From the NCBI GenBank assembly GCA_965223545.1, contig OZ245006.1, positions 3,136,001 to 3,200,000 on the forward strand: 64,000 nucleotides of DNA. The letters run 5' to 3'. Both the position numbers and the translations under genes were made by a program. Positions 36,380 to 46,129 of the stretch are shown here, one piece after another. The DNA comes from Planctomycetota bacterium. GTDB taxonomy: Bacteria > Planctomycetota > UBA1135 > UBA2386. The notes under the pieces are model-generated. The model searched no databases. It saw only the letters and a list, made by a program, of their open reading frames with translations, and was not told the origin of the DNA. Every line of letters starts with the position of its first letter. Positions within the stretch are counted from its first letter, which is position 1.

Positions 36380-37939
36380 ATGGGCGCCGAACGCCCCGAT
36401 CGATCCGCCGTGCACTTCGAAAGCCTCATCGACATCGAGTGGCAGCTCCACTCGGACGCTACGACGGCGGACGCCGCGGCGGTGGCCGAGCGGGATGCGG
36501 CGTTGCGCGGGCCGGTGTTGGCCGCCCTCGGGGAGAACGCGGCGGGCGCCCGCGCGAAGCTCGGTGAGGTCGGCTTCCGCCAACGGCTGGCCCGGACCTG
36601 GCTCGACGAGCTGCCCCGCAACCAGGCAGACCGCGGCCCAGGAGCTCGCATCACCCGCGGCTACGACACGCTCGGCTGGCTGCTCCCGCTCGCCGGGGTG
36701 ATCGCCGGCGCCGGGGCAGCGCGGGCGTTCACTGCCTACGACGGCCGCACCCCGGTCAACGTCTTGGCATTCATCGGCTTCTTCGTCGGCCTCCAACTGT
36801 TGCTCCTCCTGGGCGTCGTCTGGTTGGTCTTGGCTCCGCGCCGGGCGGGCCGTGGCGCGGTCGGCGCCCTGTTGGGCCGACTGGCCCAGGGACGCTGGCT
36901 GGATCGACTCTTGGCCAGCAGTGATCGCTCGGCCATCGAAGCGATGCTGACCCTGCGCGGCACGCGCGCGACGGTTGCCGATGCCGAACGATGGCGCTTG
37001 TTCGGCTTGGCACAGCGCTTCGGCGTGGCGTTCAACGCCGGCGCCATCGCCACCTGCCTCTACCTGGTGACGTTCTCCGACCTCGCCTTCTGCTGGAGCA
37101 CGACGCTCGACGTCGACGCCGACACCGTGCATCGGATCGCACAGGGGCTCACGCTGCCCTGGGCCGCGTTTGCCGAGGCCGCAGTGCCCAGCAGGGAGAT
37201 CGTGGAGAGCAGTCAATGGGTACGCCTGCATGGCGGTTTCGCCAACCAGCAGTCGCTGGCCGAAGCGGCCCGCCTGTCGACGCGATGGTGGCAGTTCTTG
37301 GTGGCTTCGGTCGTCGCGTACGGATTGCTACCACGACTGCTGACCTGGGGATGGGCAGCGTGGAGCCACGCGCGCGTGCTGCGCCGGGCACCCTGTGATC
37401 ACGCCGGCTATCAACAGCTGTTCGACCGGTTGCTGCCGGCCAACGTCCACTGGCGCGGGCCGGCACCGGAGTCCGTCGGCTCGCAGGCCCCGGCGGCCGC
37501 CGCCGAAAGAACTCTCCCGCCCCGCAGCGGCGAGCAGGCGACGCTCGTGCTCTGGGGCCGACTGGCGCAGCACGAGGCGGCGGTCCGCCGCGCGATCGAG
37601 AGACGGCAGGCCTTGGCCGGACCAGCTCTGCGCGCCGGCGGCATCGCTCCAGAGCCCGACACCGAGGTCGCGGCCAGCCTCGCCAGCGGCAGTCAAGCCC
37701 GCGTCGTGGTCGCCTTCGAGGCGGGCATGCAACCAACCCGCGAGGTCCTCGGCTTCTTGGCCGAGGTCCGTCGGCACTTGCCAGCCGGTCACCCACTCCT
37801 GGTGTGCCTGTTGGCCGAGACCGAGGCCGGTGGCACGTTCGACGACGCCGAAGCGCAGGAGCTCGCGATCTGGGAACGCTCGCTGGCAACCCGCGGCGAC
37901 GAGTACCTGTGGCTACAACCCACGGCGGAGCCGGCGTGA
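36380..37939 (+). CDS. DUF2868 membrane protein
   Basis: 'YDG.TPVNV', 'FSDLAFCWSTTL', 'WWQFL...YGLLPR'; overlaps the DUF3482 GTPase start. Confidence 0.82.
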   Translation: MGAERPDRSAVHFESLIDIEWQLHSDATTADAAAVAERDAALRGPVLAALGENAAGARAKLGEVGFRQRLARTWLDELPRNQADRGPGARITRGYDTLGWLLPLAGVIAGAGAARAFTAYDGRTPVNVLAFIGFFVGLQLLLLLGVVWLVLAPRRAGRGAVGALLGRLAQGRWLDRLLASSDRSAIEAMLTLRGTRATVADAERWRLFGLAQRFGVAFNAGAIATCLYLVTFSDLAFCWSTTLDVDADTVHRIAQGLTLPWAAFAEAAVPSREIVESSQWVRLHGGFANQQSLAEAARLSTRWWQFLVASVVAYGLLPRLLTWGWAAWSHARVLRRAPCDHAGYQQLFDRLLPANVHWRGPAPESVGSQAPAAAAERTLPPRSGEQATLVLWGRLAQHEAAVRRAIERRQALAGPALRAGGIAPEPDTEVAASLASGSQARVVVAFEAGMQPTREVLGFLAEVRRHLPAGHPLLVCLLAETEAGGTFDDAEAQELAIWERSLATRGDEYLWLQPTAEPA

Positions 37940-39411
37940 CGCTCGAGCCAGGGCAGCAGGCCGGTGGCGAGCCGGTGTTCGCGGTCGTCGGCAACGTCAA
38001 CCAAGGCAAGTCGTCGGTGGTCGCGACCCTGATCGAGGACCCCGCGGTGCCCATCGCGGCACACCCGGGGACCACCACGCGCTCCGGCAGCTACGAGTGC
38101 ACCCTCGCGGGTCGGGTGGTGTTTCGCCTGGTCGACACGCCGGGATTTCAGGACGCCCGGCGGGCGCTGGCATGGATGACCGAGCGCTGTGCTTCGGTGG
38201 CGGACCGCGCCGCGACCGTGGCGGCCTTCGTCCGCGAGCACCGCGACGATCTGTCGTTCCGCGACGAGATCGAGCTGCTGACCCCGATCTTGTCCGGCTG
38301 CGGCGTGCTGTACGTGGTCGACGCATCGGCGCGCTTCCAACCGTCCAACGAGGCCGAGATGGAGATCCTGCGCTGGACCGGCCAACCCGGCATGGCGCTG
38401 ATCAACCACACCCGCGAGCGCGACTTCGCGGCGGAGTGGCGCCCGATCCTGGAGCAGTTCTTCAACTTGGTGCGCGAGTTCGACGCCCACGCGGCGACGT
38501 TCGCCGAGCGCGTCGGCCTGCTGCAGGGGCTGCGCGAGCTGCGCGCCGAATGGCGCACGCCGCTCGACCGCGCGCTCGAGGCGATGCGGGCGGAATGGCA
38601 GCAGCGCACGCGCAGCGCCGCCGCGATCGTCGGCCAGCTGATGCGCGATGCCCTCGGCCACGTCGAGCGCTGCCCGCTACGGATGGGAGCCGACGAGGAG
38701 GCGCCGCGCCAGCAGCTGGAGACCGCGTATCACGAGCGGCTGCGCAAGCTCGAACGCGACGCGCGCGCCGCGATCGAGACGCTGTACCGGCACCCGCGCC
38801 TGGCCCGGGTCGAAGAGGACCTGGACGTCCTCGGCGCCGACCTGTTCAGCGAGGCCAGCTGGCAGCTGTTCGGCCTGTCACGCACGCAGCTGGCGAAGTA
38901 CGGCGCCGCCTGGGGCGCGGTCGCCGGCGGGGCGATCGACCTGATGGTCGGCGGTCTGAGCTTCTTCGCAGGCGCCGGGCTCGGGGCCGGCGTCGGCGCG
39001 CTGACGGGTTGGTTCGGCAGCACCGAGGTGGCCAAGATCTGCAGCAACCAGAGCAAGCTCGCGCAGACGCTGTTCCCAGGCGAGACCGGCCGTTACCTCA
39101 TCATGGGGCCGGCGACCGGCCCGCGCTTCGCGTGGGTGCTGCTCGACCGAGCCCTCCTGCACGTGACCGCCGTGCGCGCGCGCGCCCACGCGCGGGGTGA
39201 CGACCTCGACCTGCGGCGGATGCCCGGTGGCGACGCGGCTCCCGGCATGGTGCAGGACCTGCCGCCAGCGCTCCGCACGGCCATCGACCGCGCGCTGCGC
39301 GCGTTCCTCGGCGAAGCACTGGCACGCCAACCGACGTCGCGCGTCCGCGAGCAGCTCGACACCGCCCTGGCAGACGCGATCGAGCACGCGAGTGGGGCCG
39401 GTCACAAGTAG
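37936..39411 (+). CDS. P-loop GTPase with DUF3482
   Basis: G1 GNVNQGKSS, G2 PGTT, G3 DTPG, 'EMEILRW', Gly-rich hydrophobic segment. Confidence 0.88.
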   Translation: MTLEPGQQAGGEPVFAVVGNVNQGKSSVVATLIEDPAVPIAAHPGTTTRSGSYECTLAGRVVFRLVDTPGFQDARRALAWMTERCASVADRAATVAAFVREHRDDLSFRDEIELLTPILSGCGVLYVVDASARFQPSNEAEMEILRWTGQPGMALINHTRERDFAAEWRPILEQFFNLVREFDAHAATFAERVGLLQGLRELRAEWRTPLDRALEAMRAEWQQRTRSAAAIVGQLMRDALGHVERCPLRMGADEEAPRQQLETAYHERLRKLERDARAAIETLYRHPRLARVEEDLDVLGADLFSEASWQLFGLSRTQLAKYGAAWGAVAGGAIDLMVGGLSFFAGAGLGAGVGALTGWFGSTEVAKICSNQSKLAQTLFPGETGRYLIMGPATGPRFAWVLLDRALLHVTAVRARAHARGDDLDLRRMPGGDAAPGMVQDLPPALRTAIDRALRAFLGEALARQPTSRVREQLDTALADAIEHASGAGHK

Positions 39412-40601
39412 CTGAGCCACACCGAGCGGTGGCGCCGCTTGTAGTCCGCGTACCAGCGACACAGCGGGTACAGCGCGACGACGGCGGCGATCCACGCGGC
39501 GTACACCACCCACAAGGGCTTGCCGTACCACTCCGGCAACGGCTGACCGCTGAACAACAAGGTGAGGCCTTGCTGGATCGCGGAATAGGGCTCGCCGTGC
39601 ATGGCCCAGTACATCACGCGCGCGGCGGTGTGGATGAGCAGCAGGTGGAACACGTAGTAGAACAGCGGCACCCGGCCGAACGTCGTCAGCCATCCGAGCA
39701 CCCTGCCCACAGGCCGGTCGAACGCGGCCAACACCAACAGGGATGGTCCGAGCGTCATCAAGACGTAGGCCAGCGACGGCGGGTACTTCTGGCAGTTGAT
39801 GAACGCCATGACCGTGCCCAGCGCATCCTCTCGCGCGGCGAACGGTACCGGGTCGCCGTAGTCGGTCGAGAGCCGCAGCGCGACGAACGCAGCGATCGCA
39901 CCAAGGCCCAGCAGGGCAAAGGTGCGGCGACGGCGCGGCGGCGGCAGCTCGCACACCGCGCTGGCGCCGTACCCCAGCGCCATCACGCCCAGCCACGGCA
40001 GCACCGGGTAGATCACCATCACCAGCGGGGCGCCGTCCCACGGAGTGAACGGTCCTCCTCCTGGGCCCATCGACCCTTCCTGCAGTAATGCCCACCACCA
40101 GCCGTTCGCGCCGAAGTCTGCCGAGGACCAGGAGTCGGTAGCATTGTGGCCAGCGACCAACAGTGCGCCGATCGCGGCGACCCACGGCCGCGGCAGGTAC
40201 ACCAAAGCCGCCATCAACACCATCGCGGCACCGATCGCGGCAATCACCTGCACGAAGAACACGATCGGAGTCAGCGTGTGGTTCCACGCGAACGTGACCA
40301 CGGTGAACTCCAGCACGATGAGCCACAATCCCCGCGTCCAGAGGAAGCGCGACATCGCGGAGACCCCGGCACGACGCCCGTACAACGCCGCCCCGAGCCC
40401 GGCCAACAGCACGAACACCGGGGCGCAGAAGTGCGTGATCCAGCGGGTGAAGAACAGCGCCGGCGTCGTCGTCTGCAGGTTGACGGGGTCCACCGCGAAG
40501 TTGCCGAAGTAGTCCCGCGTGTGATCGAGAGCCATCAGCACCATGACCAGCCCGCGGGTCGCGTCGATCGCCGGAATGCGCGTGCTCGAAGCCTGGTTCA
40601 T
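39402..40601 (-). CDS. DUF1624 (HGSNAT-like) membrane acyltransferase family
   Basis: 'ID..RG..MV.MALDH.RD', 'TRWITHFCAP.F', KYPPSL, 'GRVPLFYY..HL'. Confidence 0.88.
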   Translation of the reverse strand: MNQASSTRIPAIDATRGLVMVLMALDHTRDYFGNFAVDPVNLQTTTPALFFTRWITHFCAPVFVLLAGLGAALYGRRAGVSAMSRFLWTRGLWLIVLEFTVVTFAWNHTLTPIVFFVQVIAAIGAAMVLMAALVYLPRPWVAAIGALLVAGHNATDSWSSADFGANGWWWALLQEGSMGPGGGPFTPWDGAPLVMVIYPVLPWLGVMALGYGASAVCELPPPRRRRTFALLGLGAIAAFVALRLSTDYGDPVPFAAREDALGTVMAFINCQKYPPSLAYVLMTLGPSLLVLAAFDRPVGRVLGWLTTFGRVPLFYYVFHLLLIHTAARVMYWAMHGEPYSAIQQGLTLLFSGQPLPEWYGKPLWVVYAAWIAAVVALYPLCRWYADYKRRHRSVWLSYL

Positions 40602-40776
40602 GCGTTCCTCGCCTGCCCGCCGTCAGGGCAGTGCGACCGATCGTCGCCCCGCGCCCCGGCCACCGCCACCGGCGACCTCGATCGCCGACGGGTTGGCGCC
40701 CGGATTCCGCGACGCGGCCTTGGCAACACGCCCTGAGTGGGGAGACTCTCCTCAATCTCGACCCTGAGAACGCGAC

Positions 40777-41367
40777 ATGGATTCGGAATCTCCGCCCCGC
40801 CCGTCGTCACCTCCGCTCGCGGCCGGCCCCCTGAAGATCGTGCGCGCGAAGCTGCACGGCCTTCGGGTGACCGACGCCGACCTCAACTACCACGGCTCGA
40901 TCACGCTCGACCCCGACCAGTGCGACCTGGCCGGGATCTACCCGATGGAGTTCGTCGACATCTGGAACAAGTCCTCCGGTGCGCGGCTGTCGACCTACGT
41001 GATCCACGGCGACCCGGGCTCCAAGTGCTGCGTCCTCAACGGAGCCGCCGCCCGCACGAGCCAGCGCGGCGACGAGCTCATCGTCTGCGCTTCCCAGCAG
41101 ATCGACGTCTTCGAGCTCTACAACGTCAAGCCGCGCATCCTGACGTTCATGCCGGACAACACCGTCGACCAAGTGCTGCAGTACGAGGTCTTCAAGAGCG
41201 AGGCGCGCGCGTTCGACTTCCGCATCGTCGATGTGGACACCGAGCGCTTCGACGAGTGCCACACCTATCCCAACGTCGACGTCGCCGCGATCCGGCGCGA
41301 TCTCGAGCGCCGCGGCTGGGCGGCCGCGGAGATCGACAGCTTCTGCGATCAGTACTTGGCGCTATGA
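40777..41367 (+). CDS. panD: Aspartate 1-decarboxylase (pyruvoyl) with C-terminal extension
   Basis: AKLH, LNYHG|SITLD self-cleavage site, TY, LNGAAAR. Confidence 0.9.
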   Translation: MDSESPPRPSSPPLAAGPLKIVRAKLHGLRVTDADLNYHGSITLDPDQCDLAGIYPMEFVDIWNKSSGARLSTYVIHGDPGSKCCVLNGAAARTSQRGDELIVCASQQIDVFELYNVKPRILTFMPDNTVDQVLQYEVFKSEARAFDFRIVDVDTERFDECHTYPNVDVAAIRRDLERRGWAAAEIDSFCDQYLAL

Positions 41368-42401
41368 CAAAGACCGCGGCCACCGGCTCCTGGCTGCAGA
41401 CCGCGGCGTACCTGATCATCGTGATCGCCGGCCTGCGGGTCGCCGCGCCGCTGGTCCTGCCAATCCTCGTGGCGGCGATCCTCGCGATCGCGCTGCAATG
41501 GCCGTTGCGCGCGCTGACCCGACGGGGCGTGCCCATGGGGCTCGCGATGACCGGCGTCGGCGGTCTGCTGGTGGTGGTTTCCACCGTGCTCACGCAGCCC
41601 GTGGTCCGCTCGATCTCCCAGTTCCGGCAGAACGCCCCGGCCTACTTGGAGCGGCTCAAGGCCAAGATCGAACCGTTGGTGACGTGGGCCGAGAGCACCC
41701 TCGGCACGGCACCCGAGCCAGACCTGCTGCTGCAACCCGACTCCGTCATGCGCGCGGTGACGGCGACCGCCGAAGGCGCGGTCAACCTGCTGTCCAGCAT
41801 GTTCGTCATCGCGCTCATCACGGTCTTCATGTTGTTCGAGGCGCAGAGCCTGCCAGCCAAGCTGGCGCGGGCGATCGACCCCGAAAAGCGCGCCGCCCTC
41901 GGCGAAGTCGTCGACCGCGTCAATCAATATCTGTCGCTGAAGACCGCGGTGAGCGTGGTGACCGGGGTCTGTGCCGGCGTTCTCACCGCCGCGCTCGGTG
42001 TCGACTTTCCAATCCTCTGGGGCGTGCTGGCATTCGTCTGCAACTACGTCCCGACGATCGGCTCGGTAGTCGCCGCGTTGCCACCGGTCGCGCTCGCCGT
42101 GGTGCAGGGCGACTCCTGGACGCTGCCGCTGCTCACCGCAACGGGCTATCTGCTGATCAACGTCGTGATCGGCAACGTCCTCGAACCGCGGCTGATGGGC
42201 CGCCGCATGGGACTGTCGACCCTCGTGGTCTTTCTGTCCCTGCTGTTCTGGGGCTGGGTCCTGGGACCGATCGGCATGCTGCTGTCGATCCCTCTGACGA
42301 TGACGACGAAGATCGCACTCGAGCACAGCACGCGCTACTCGGTCATCGCGGTGCTGCTCGGCCCGCCACCGCCGGATACGGATCCGGCGGCGCGCAGCTG
42401 A
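41364..42401 (+). CDS. AI-2E family transporter
   Basis: 'NYVPTIGS', 'GNVLEPRLMG..MGLS', 'FWGWVLGPIGMLLSIP'. Confidence 0.92.
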   Translation: MTKTAATGSWLQTAAYLIIVIAGLRVAAPLVLPILVAAILAIALQWPLRALTRRGVPMGLAMTGVGGLLVVVSTVLTQPVVRSISQFRQNAPAYLERLKAKIEPLVTWAESTLGTAPEPDLLLQPDSVMRAVTATAEGAVNLLSSMFVIALITVFMLFEAQSLPAKLARAIDPEKRAALGEVVDRVNQYLSLKTAVSVVTGVCAGVLTAALGVDFPILWGVLAFVCNYVPTIGSVVAALPPVALAVVQGDSWTLPLLTATGYLLINVVIGNVLEPRLMGRRMGLSTLVVFLSLLFWGWVLGPIGMLLSIPLTMTTKIALEHSTRYSVIAVLLGPPPPDTDPAARS

Positions 42402-42416
42402 GTTGCGGGCGACGGA

Positions 42417-43394
42417 TCAGTCGCCGGTCTTGCCGATCTCGGGCTTGCGCAGGCCCAAGTCGGCGAGCTGACGCTCGCGCTCGACCACGCGCTGCTTCTG
42501 CCGCTGCAGATCGCTGAGCTGCCGCACCAGCTTGACCGTGCGCGGCGCGCTGGGCCCGGCCGCGACCAACGCCCGATCCAGCTGTTCCTGCAGGTCGCGC
42601 TCCTTGGCGTCCAGCGTGTCGAACTCATCGAGCAACCGCATCAGCTTGCCGATGGAGGCATTCGCGCTGCGCTCGTACTCGCGGCGCAGGATGTCGTTCA
42701 TCGCCTTCCACAGCTTGGTCTGCGCCTGCCGGCCACTGAACGTCAAGCGCTTCCCCTCGTCGGCGGTGACCAACATCATGTCCTCGTCCCCGGCGAAGAG
42801 GTTGTGGAAGGGGTGGCCCGGCTCCGCCGCGTGCGGCGGCAGCTTGATGCAGTGGAACCAGCGGGTCAGCAACAGCATGCGCTCGTTGGCCCGCACCTGA
42901 TGGCCGAGCAGCGCCTTGTTGGTCCCCACACAGTTGCCGCACTCGCGCAACACCAGCAACGGCCGCGGGTCGTCGCCGCGCAGGCGAACCAGCACCTCCT
43001 CATAGGTGAGCACCTGATCAGTCTCGCGCGGCACGGGATAGTCCCAGCGGACGCGCAGGCGCTCCCGGCTGGTGTCGCCCCGGGTGAACGTCATCACCAC
43101 ACCCCGCGGCAGTGCCGACCCACCGGTCAACGGCCCGCTGCTGCCGCCGGCATTGGGCGTCGTCGGTGCCGGCGACGTCGGCGATGCCGGGCCAGGCGAG
43201 GACGGCGAGCTCGGCCCAGGGGTCGACGGCCCACTCGGTGTGAACGTGCCCGGCCCGCGCGGCGGCTTCGGCTGCGGGCTGAACGCGTTGGGCGGAGGCG
43301 CCGGCGGACCGTGCGGGACGGCGGCGGCCCACGGCGCCGCGAGCATGGCGGCTGCGGCTCCGAGGACCGTCGCTGTGATGGTCTGACTCTTCAT
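42417..43394 (-). CDS. Secreted hypothetical protein: Pro-rich linker, thioredoxin-like CxxC domain, coiled-coil tail
   Basis: Signal peptide; P/S/T/G-rich linker; 'RPLLVLRECGNC'; C-terminal heptads. Confidence 0.7.
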   Translation of the reverse strand: MKSQTITATVLGAAAAMLAAPWAAAVPHGPPAPPPNAFSPQPKPPRGPGTFTPSGPSTPGPSSPSSPGPASPTSPAPTTPNAGGSSGPLTGGSALPRGVVMTFTRGDTSRERLRVRWDYPVPRETDQVLTYEEVLVRLRGDDPRPLLVLRECGNCVGTNKALLGHQVRANERMLLLTRWFHCIKLPPHAAEPGHPFHNLFAGDEDMMLVTADEGKRLTFSGRQAQTKLWKAMNDILRREYERSANASIGKLMRLLDEFDTLDAKERDLQEQLDRALVAAGPSAPRTVKLVRQLSDLQRQKQRVVERERQLADLGLRKPEIGKTGD

Positions 43395-43537
43395 CTGCTT
43401 CCTCTTGTGTTCCTCTTGATCGTGCAATTCTCAGGCGGACGGGCGAGGTCCGCGCTGCTGATAAGGACTTCGCCGGAGAGCGTCCCACTGAGCAGGGTCG
43501 GGGAGGATTTCCCTGCTCGGCTCCGTGAGCGGACCGC

Positions 43538-44665
43538 TCAGCGCTGGAAGATCGGGAGGTACTGATACGGAATCTGCAGCACCAGGGTGGCGACCGCTGT
43601 GGAGAACGACTCGCCGGGCCCCGCGGTGCACGGCCACGCGCCCGAGCTCTCCTGCATGTCGAGGAGCTGGCGCCGGGTCGCGGTGAAGTAGCTGCGCCAC
43701 GCGCTGCCGCCGGCGATGTAGAACGCCTGCGTCGCGTAGTAGTGGCCGTAGTAGAAGAAGTAGTGCCCGGCGTAGTAGCTGTTGAACTGCGCCAGGTTAG
43801 TCAGCATGAAGTCGATGCCGCGGCGGATGATCTCGTCGTCGTAGATGCCCGCGGCGAACAGCGTGGTGACGCCCGCCGCGGTCAACGCGAACGACGTCCT
43901 ACTGCGGCTCTGCAGCTGGTAGCGGAACGCGCCGCCGTCCTCCATCATGTGGCTCAGCCGGTAGCCGCCGCGGTAGTGGCGGCGACCACGTCCGCTGCCC
44001 TCCACCGCGCTGAGGCGCACGTAGAGCTCGGCGTCCTTGATGGTCCGAAACGGCACGCTGATCCCGACGTTGCGCGCCGACCGCAACGCGATCACCTGAC
44101 ACACCGTGATCGACATGTCGGATTCGTTCGAGAACGGCCGGTAGCGCCACCCGCCCTCCGAGTTCTGCGAATCGACGATCAGGTTGACGCTCTTCTGCAA
44201 CGCGGCGCGCACCGCGGCGCGCGGCGTCATCCCGTAGATCTCCGCCAAGAACAGGGTGGCGAACGCGTGGCTGTACATGCGCGAGTCGCCGTCGGTGATG
44301 TAGCCGTCGTCCCGCACACAGCCGACGATGTAGTCGAGACCGCGCTCGAGGAGGTCACCGTACTGCCCTCGACCCGGAACGTGCCCACCGGCCAAGAAGC
44401 TCATCAGCGCCAGCGAGGTCACGCCGACGTGCGGCGCGCGCGGCAACGTCACGTGGTAGTTCGCCCGCAGCTTGAAGCCGATGTCCTGCGCCCAGAAGCC
44501 GTCGGCGTGCTGGCGCGCAGCGAGCCATTCGTGGCCGCGCTCGACGGCGGCCTGCAGCTCGGGCGTCAACGCCCAATCCGTTTGCCCGACCTCGCCCTGT
44601 CGCTGTGCGGCCGCGACCACACAGAAGACCGGGGCGATCACCCATCCGCCGATCGACCGTCTCAT
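43538..44665 (-). CDS. Prenyltransferase/squalene-oxidase-repeat (alpha/alpha barrel) protein
   Basis: 'WLAARQ.ADG.W', 'MYSHAFATL.LAE', 'Q..EGGWRY', 'DMS.TVCQ', 'YGHYYA'. Confidence 0.88.
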   Translation of the reverse strand: MRRSIGGWVIAPVFCVVAAAQRQGEVGQTDWALTPELQAAVERGHEWLAARQHADGFWAQDIGFKLRANYHVTLPRAPHVGVTSLALMSFLAGGHVPGRGQYGDLLERGLDYIVGCVRDDGYITDGDSRMYSHAFATLFLAEIYGMTPRAAVRAALQKSVNLIVDSQNSEGGWRYRPFSNESDMSITVCQVIALRSARNVGISVPFRTIKDAELYVRLSAVEGSGRGRRHYRGGYRLSHMMEDGGAFRYQLQSRSRTSFALTAAGVTTLFAAGIYDDEIIRRGIDFMLTNLAQFNSYYAGHYFFYYGHYYATQAFYIAGGSAWRSYFTATRRQLLDMQESSGAWPCTAGPGESFSTAVATLVLQIPYQYLPIFQR

Positions 44666-44884
44666 GAGTCCCAACATAACCCGACGTGCCGACCCGGCGG
44701 CCGGGTCCGCCGCGGACGCCCATGTGCGGGTCCGGTCCTGTCTCGCTGGCCTGAACATTCCGTTTCACCTCCCGAGAGATCAACTCACCTGGTACGAGGT
44801 TTGCACTGCTCTGCTGAAGTCGGCAGCAGCCGAGCCCCCCACTGGCTTCTGTCGTCGTAGCGGACGCTCGATCTACGAACGAAG

Positions 44885-45088
44885 ATGCTGGTCTACGGAA
44901 CACTCCTGGCAATTCCCCTCTGGGCAGCCCTGCTGTCTGCGGTCGCTGTCGTGGCCCGCTGGACGGGTTGTGAGGAGCTCGCGGCCCCGTTGGCGGCCGT
45001 CTCGGTGGGGTTGATCGCGACGGCTCTTGCCGCCGTCCCAGCAGCCTGGGCCACCCGGTGGCTCGTGCGCCATCGCCAGCACAGCTGA
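44885..45088 (+). CDS. Possible small two-TM protein
   Basis: 67-aa ORF with two hydrophobic segments; no recognisable family. Confidence 0.35.
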   Translation: MLVYGTLLAIPLWAALLSAVAVVARWTGCEELAAPLAAVSVGLIATALAAVPAAWATRWLVRHRQHS

Positions 45089-45107
45089 CGAAGTTCCGCC
45101 GACACCG

Positions 45108-45743
45108 TCAACGATCCGACGGCGGCGTGCCGCCGCCTGGCGGGGAGAGCACCTCGACGCGCGCGCGGCTGCGGTCGATCAACGCAGCAATCAGCGACGC
45201 GCATTGGTCGTCGGGGACCCGCACCGCGGCGGACACCACCTCGCCGTACTCGGCATCGGACAGGCGCAGGTTCCGACTGGCCAGCACGGCTTCCACCCCG
45301 CGCGTGCAGTCGAACGGGAACCGGATCAGAATCTCTACAACCTCATTTTTGATAGAGACTTCTGCCCGATCGAGCACCTGCCCCGCGGCACCGCCGTAGG
45401 CGCGGATCAGCCCGCCGACCCCCAGCTTGGTGCCGCCGAACCACCGGCTGACCACGACCACCACGTCGCTCAGGTCGTGGCCCTCGATCTGCGCCAGAAT
45501 CGGCCTTCCCGCCGAGCCTCCCGGCTCGCCGTCATCGGCGCAGCGAAACGAGCGCCCGCCGAGTCCCAGGCGGTAGGCCCAGCAATGGTGGGTGGCGTTC
45601 CGGTGCGCGGCGCGGACCCGCTCGAGCCATGCCAAGGCCTCGGCCTCGCTACACACCGGTGCCGCCGACGCGACGAACCGCGAACCCTTGACCTTGGGCG
45701 GCTCGTGTTGGACGGGCCCGCCGATCGAGCGGAACGCCGGCAT
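45108..45743 (-). CDS. yigZ: YigZ/IMPACT family protein
   Basis: KGSRF, ATHHCWAY, DDGEPGGSAG, 'R.FGGTKLG.GGLIRAY'. Confidence 0.93.
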   Translation of the reverse strand: MPAFRSIGGPVQHEPPKVKGSRFVASAAPVCSEAEALAWLERVRAAHRNATHHCWAYRLGLGGRSFRCADDGEPGGSAGRPILAQIEGHDLSDVVVVVSRWFGGTKLGVGGLIRAYGGAAGQVLDRAEVSIKNEVVEILIRFPFDCTRGVEAVLASRNLRLSDAEYGEVVSAAVRVPDDQCASLIAALIDRSRARVEVLSPPGGGTPPSDR

Positions 45744-45796
45744 GGAGCCACCATAGTTGCCCGCCAGCGCCGCAACATAGTTGAGTATATACTGAA

Positions 45797-46129
45797 ATGA
45801 TGATCGGTGCCCTGCAGACTCCCCGCCGCCGCGAGCTCTTGCGGTTGGTGTGGCAGAGCGAGCGGAGCGCCGGCGAGCTCCACTCCGCCATGCCCGAAGT
45901 GTCGTTCGGCGCGATCTCCCAGCACTTGCGCGTGCTGCGCGAGGCCGGCCTGGTCGAAGTCCGCCGCGACGGGCGCCGCCGGTTGTACCGCGCCAGACCC
46001 GAGGCGCTGGGGCCCCTGCGCCAGTGGCTGCTCGCCAGCTGGGACGACGCCCTCTATCGGCTCAAGCTCGCCGCCGAGCTCGAGCACGCGCGCCGGGGTC
46101 CGCGACCCACACACCCTGACCCTCGATGA
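45797..46129 (+). CDS. ArsR/SmtB family regulator
   Basis: 'RR.LL.L', 'SQHLRVLREAGLV', 'RRLY'; palindromes CAACATAGTTG and AGTATATACT just upstream. Confidence 0.9.
   Translation: MMIGALQTPRRRELLRLVWQSERSAGELHSAMPEVSFGAISQHLRVLREAGLVEVRRDGRRRLYRARPEALGPLRQWLLASWDDALYRLKLAAELEHARRGPRPTHPDPR

Noticed and set aside
40690..40776. Riboswitch or pan-motif RNA upstream of panD
   Set aside because: Only short, imperfect hairpins, with no consensus I can match; an Rfam/Infernal scan would be needed.
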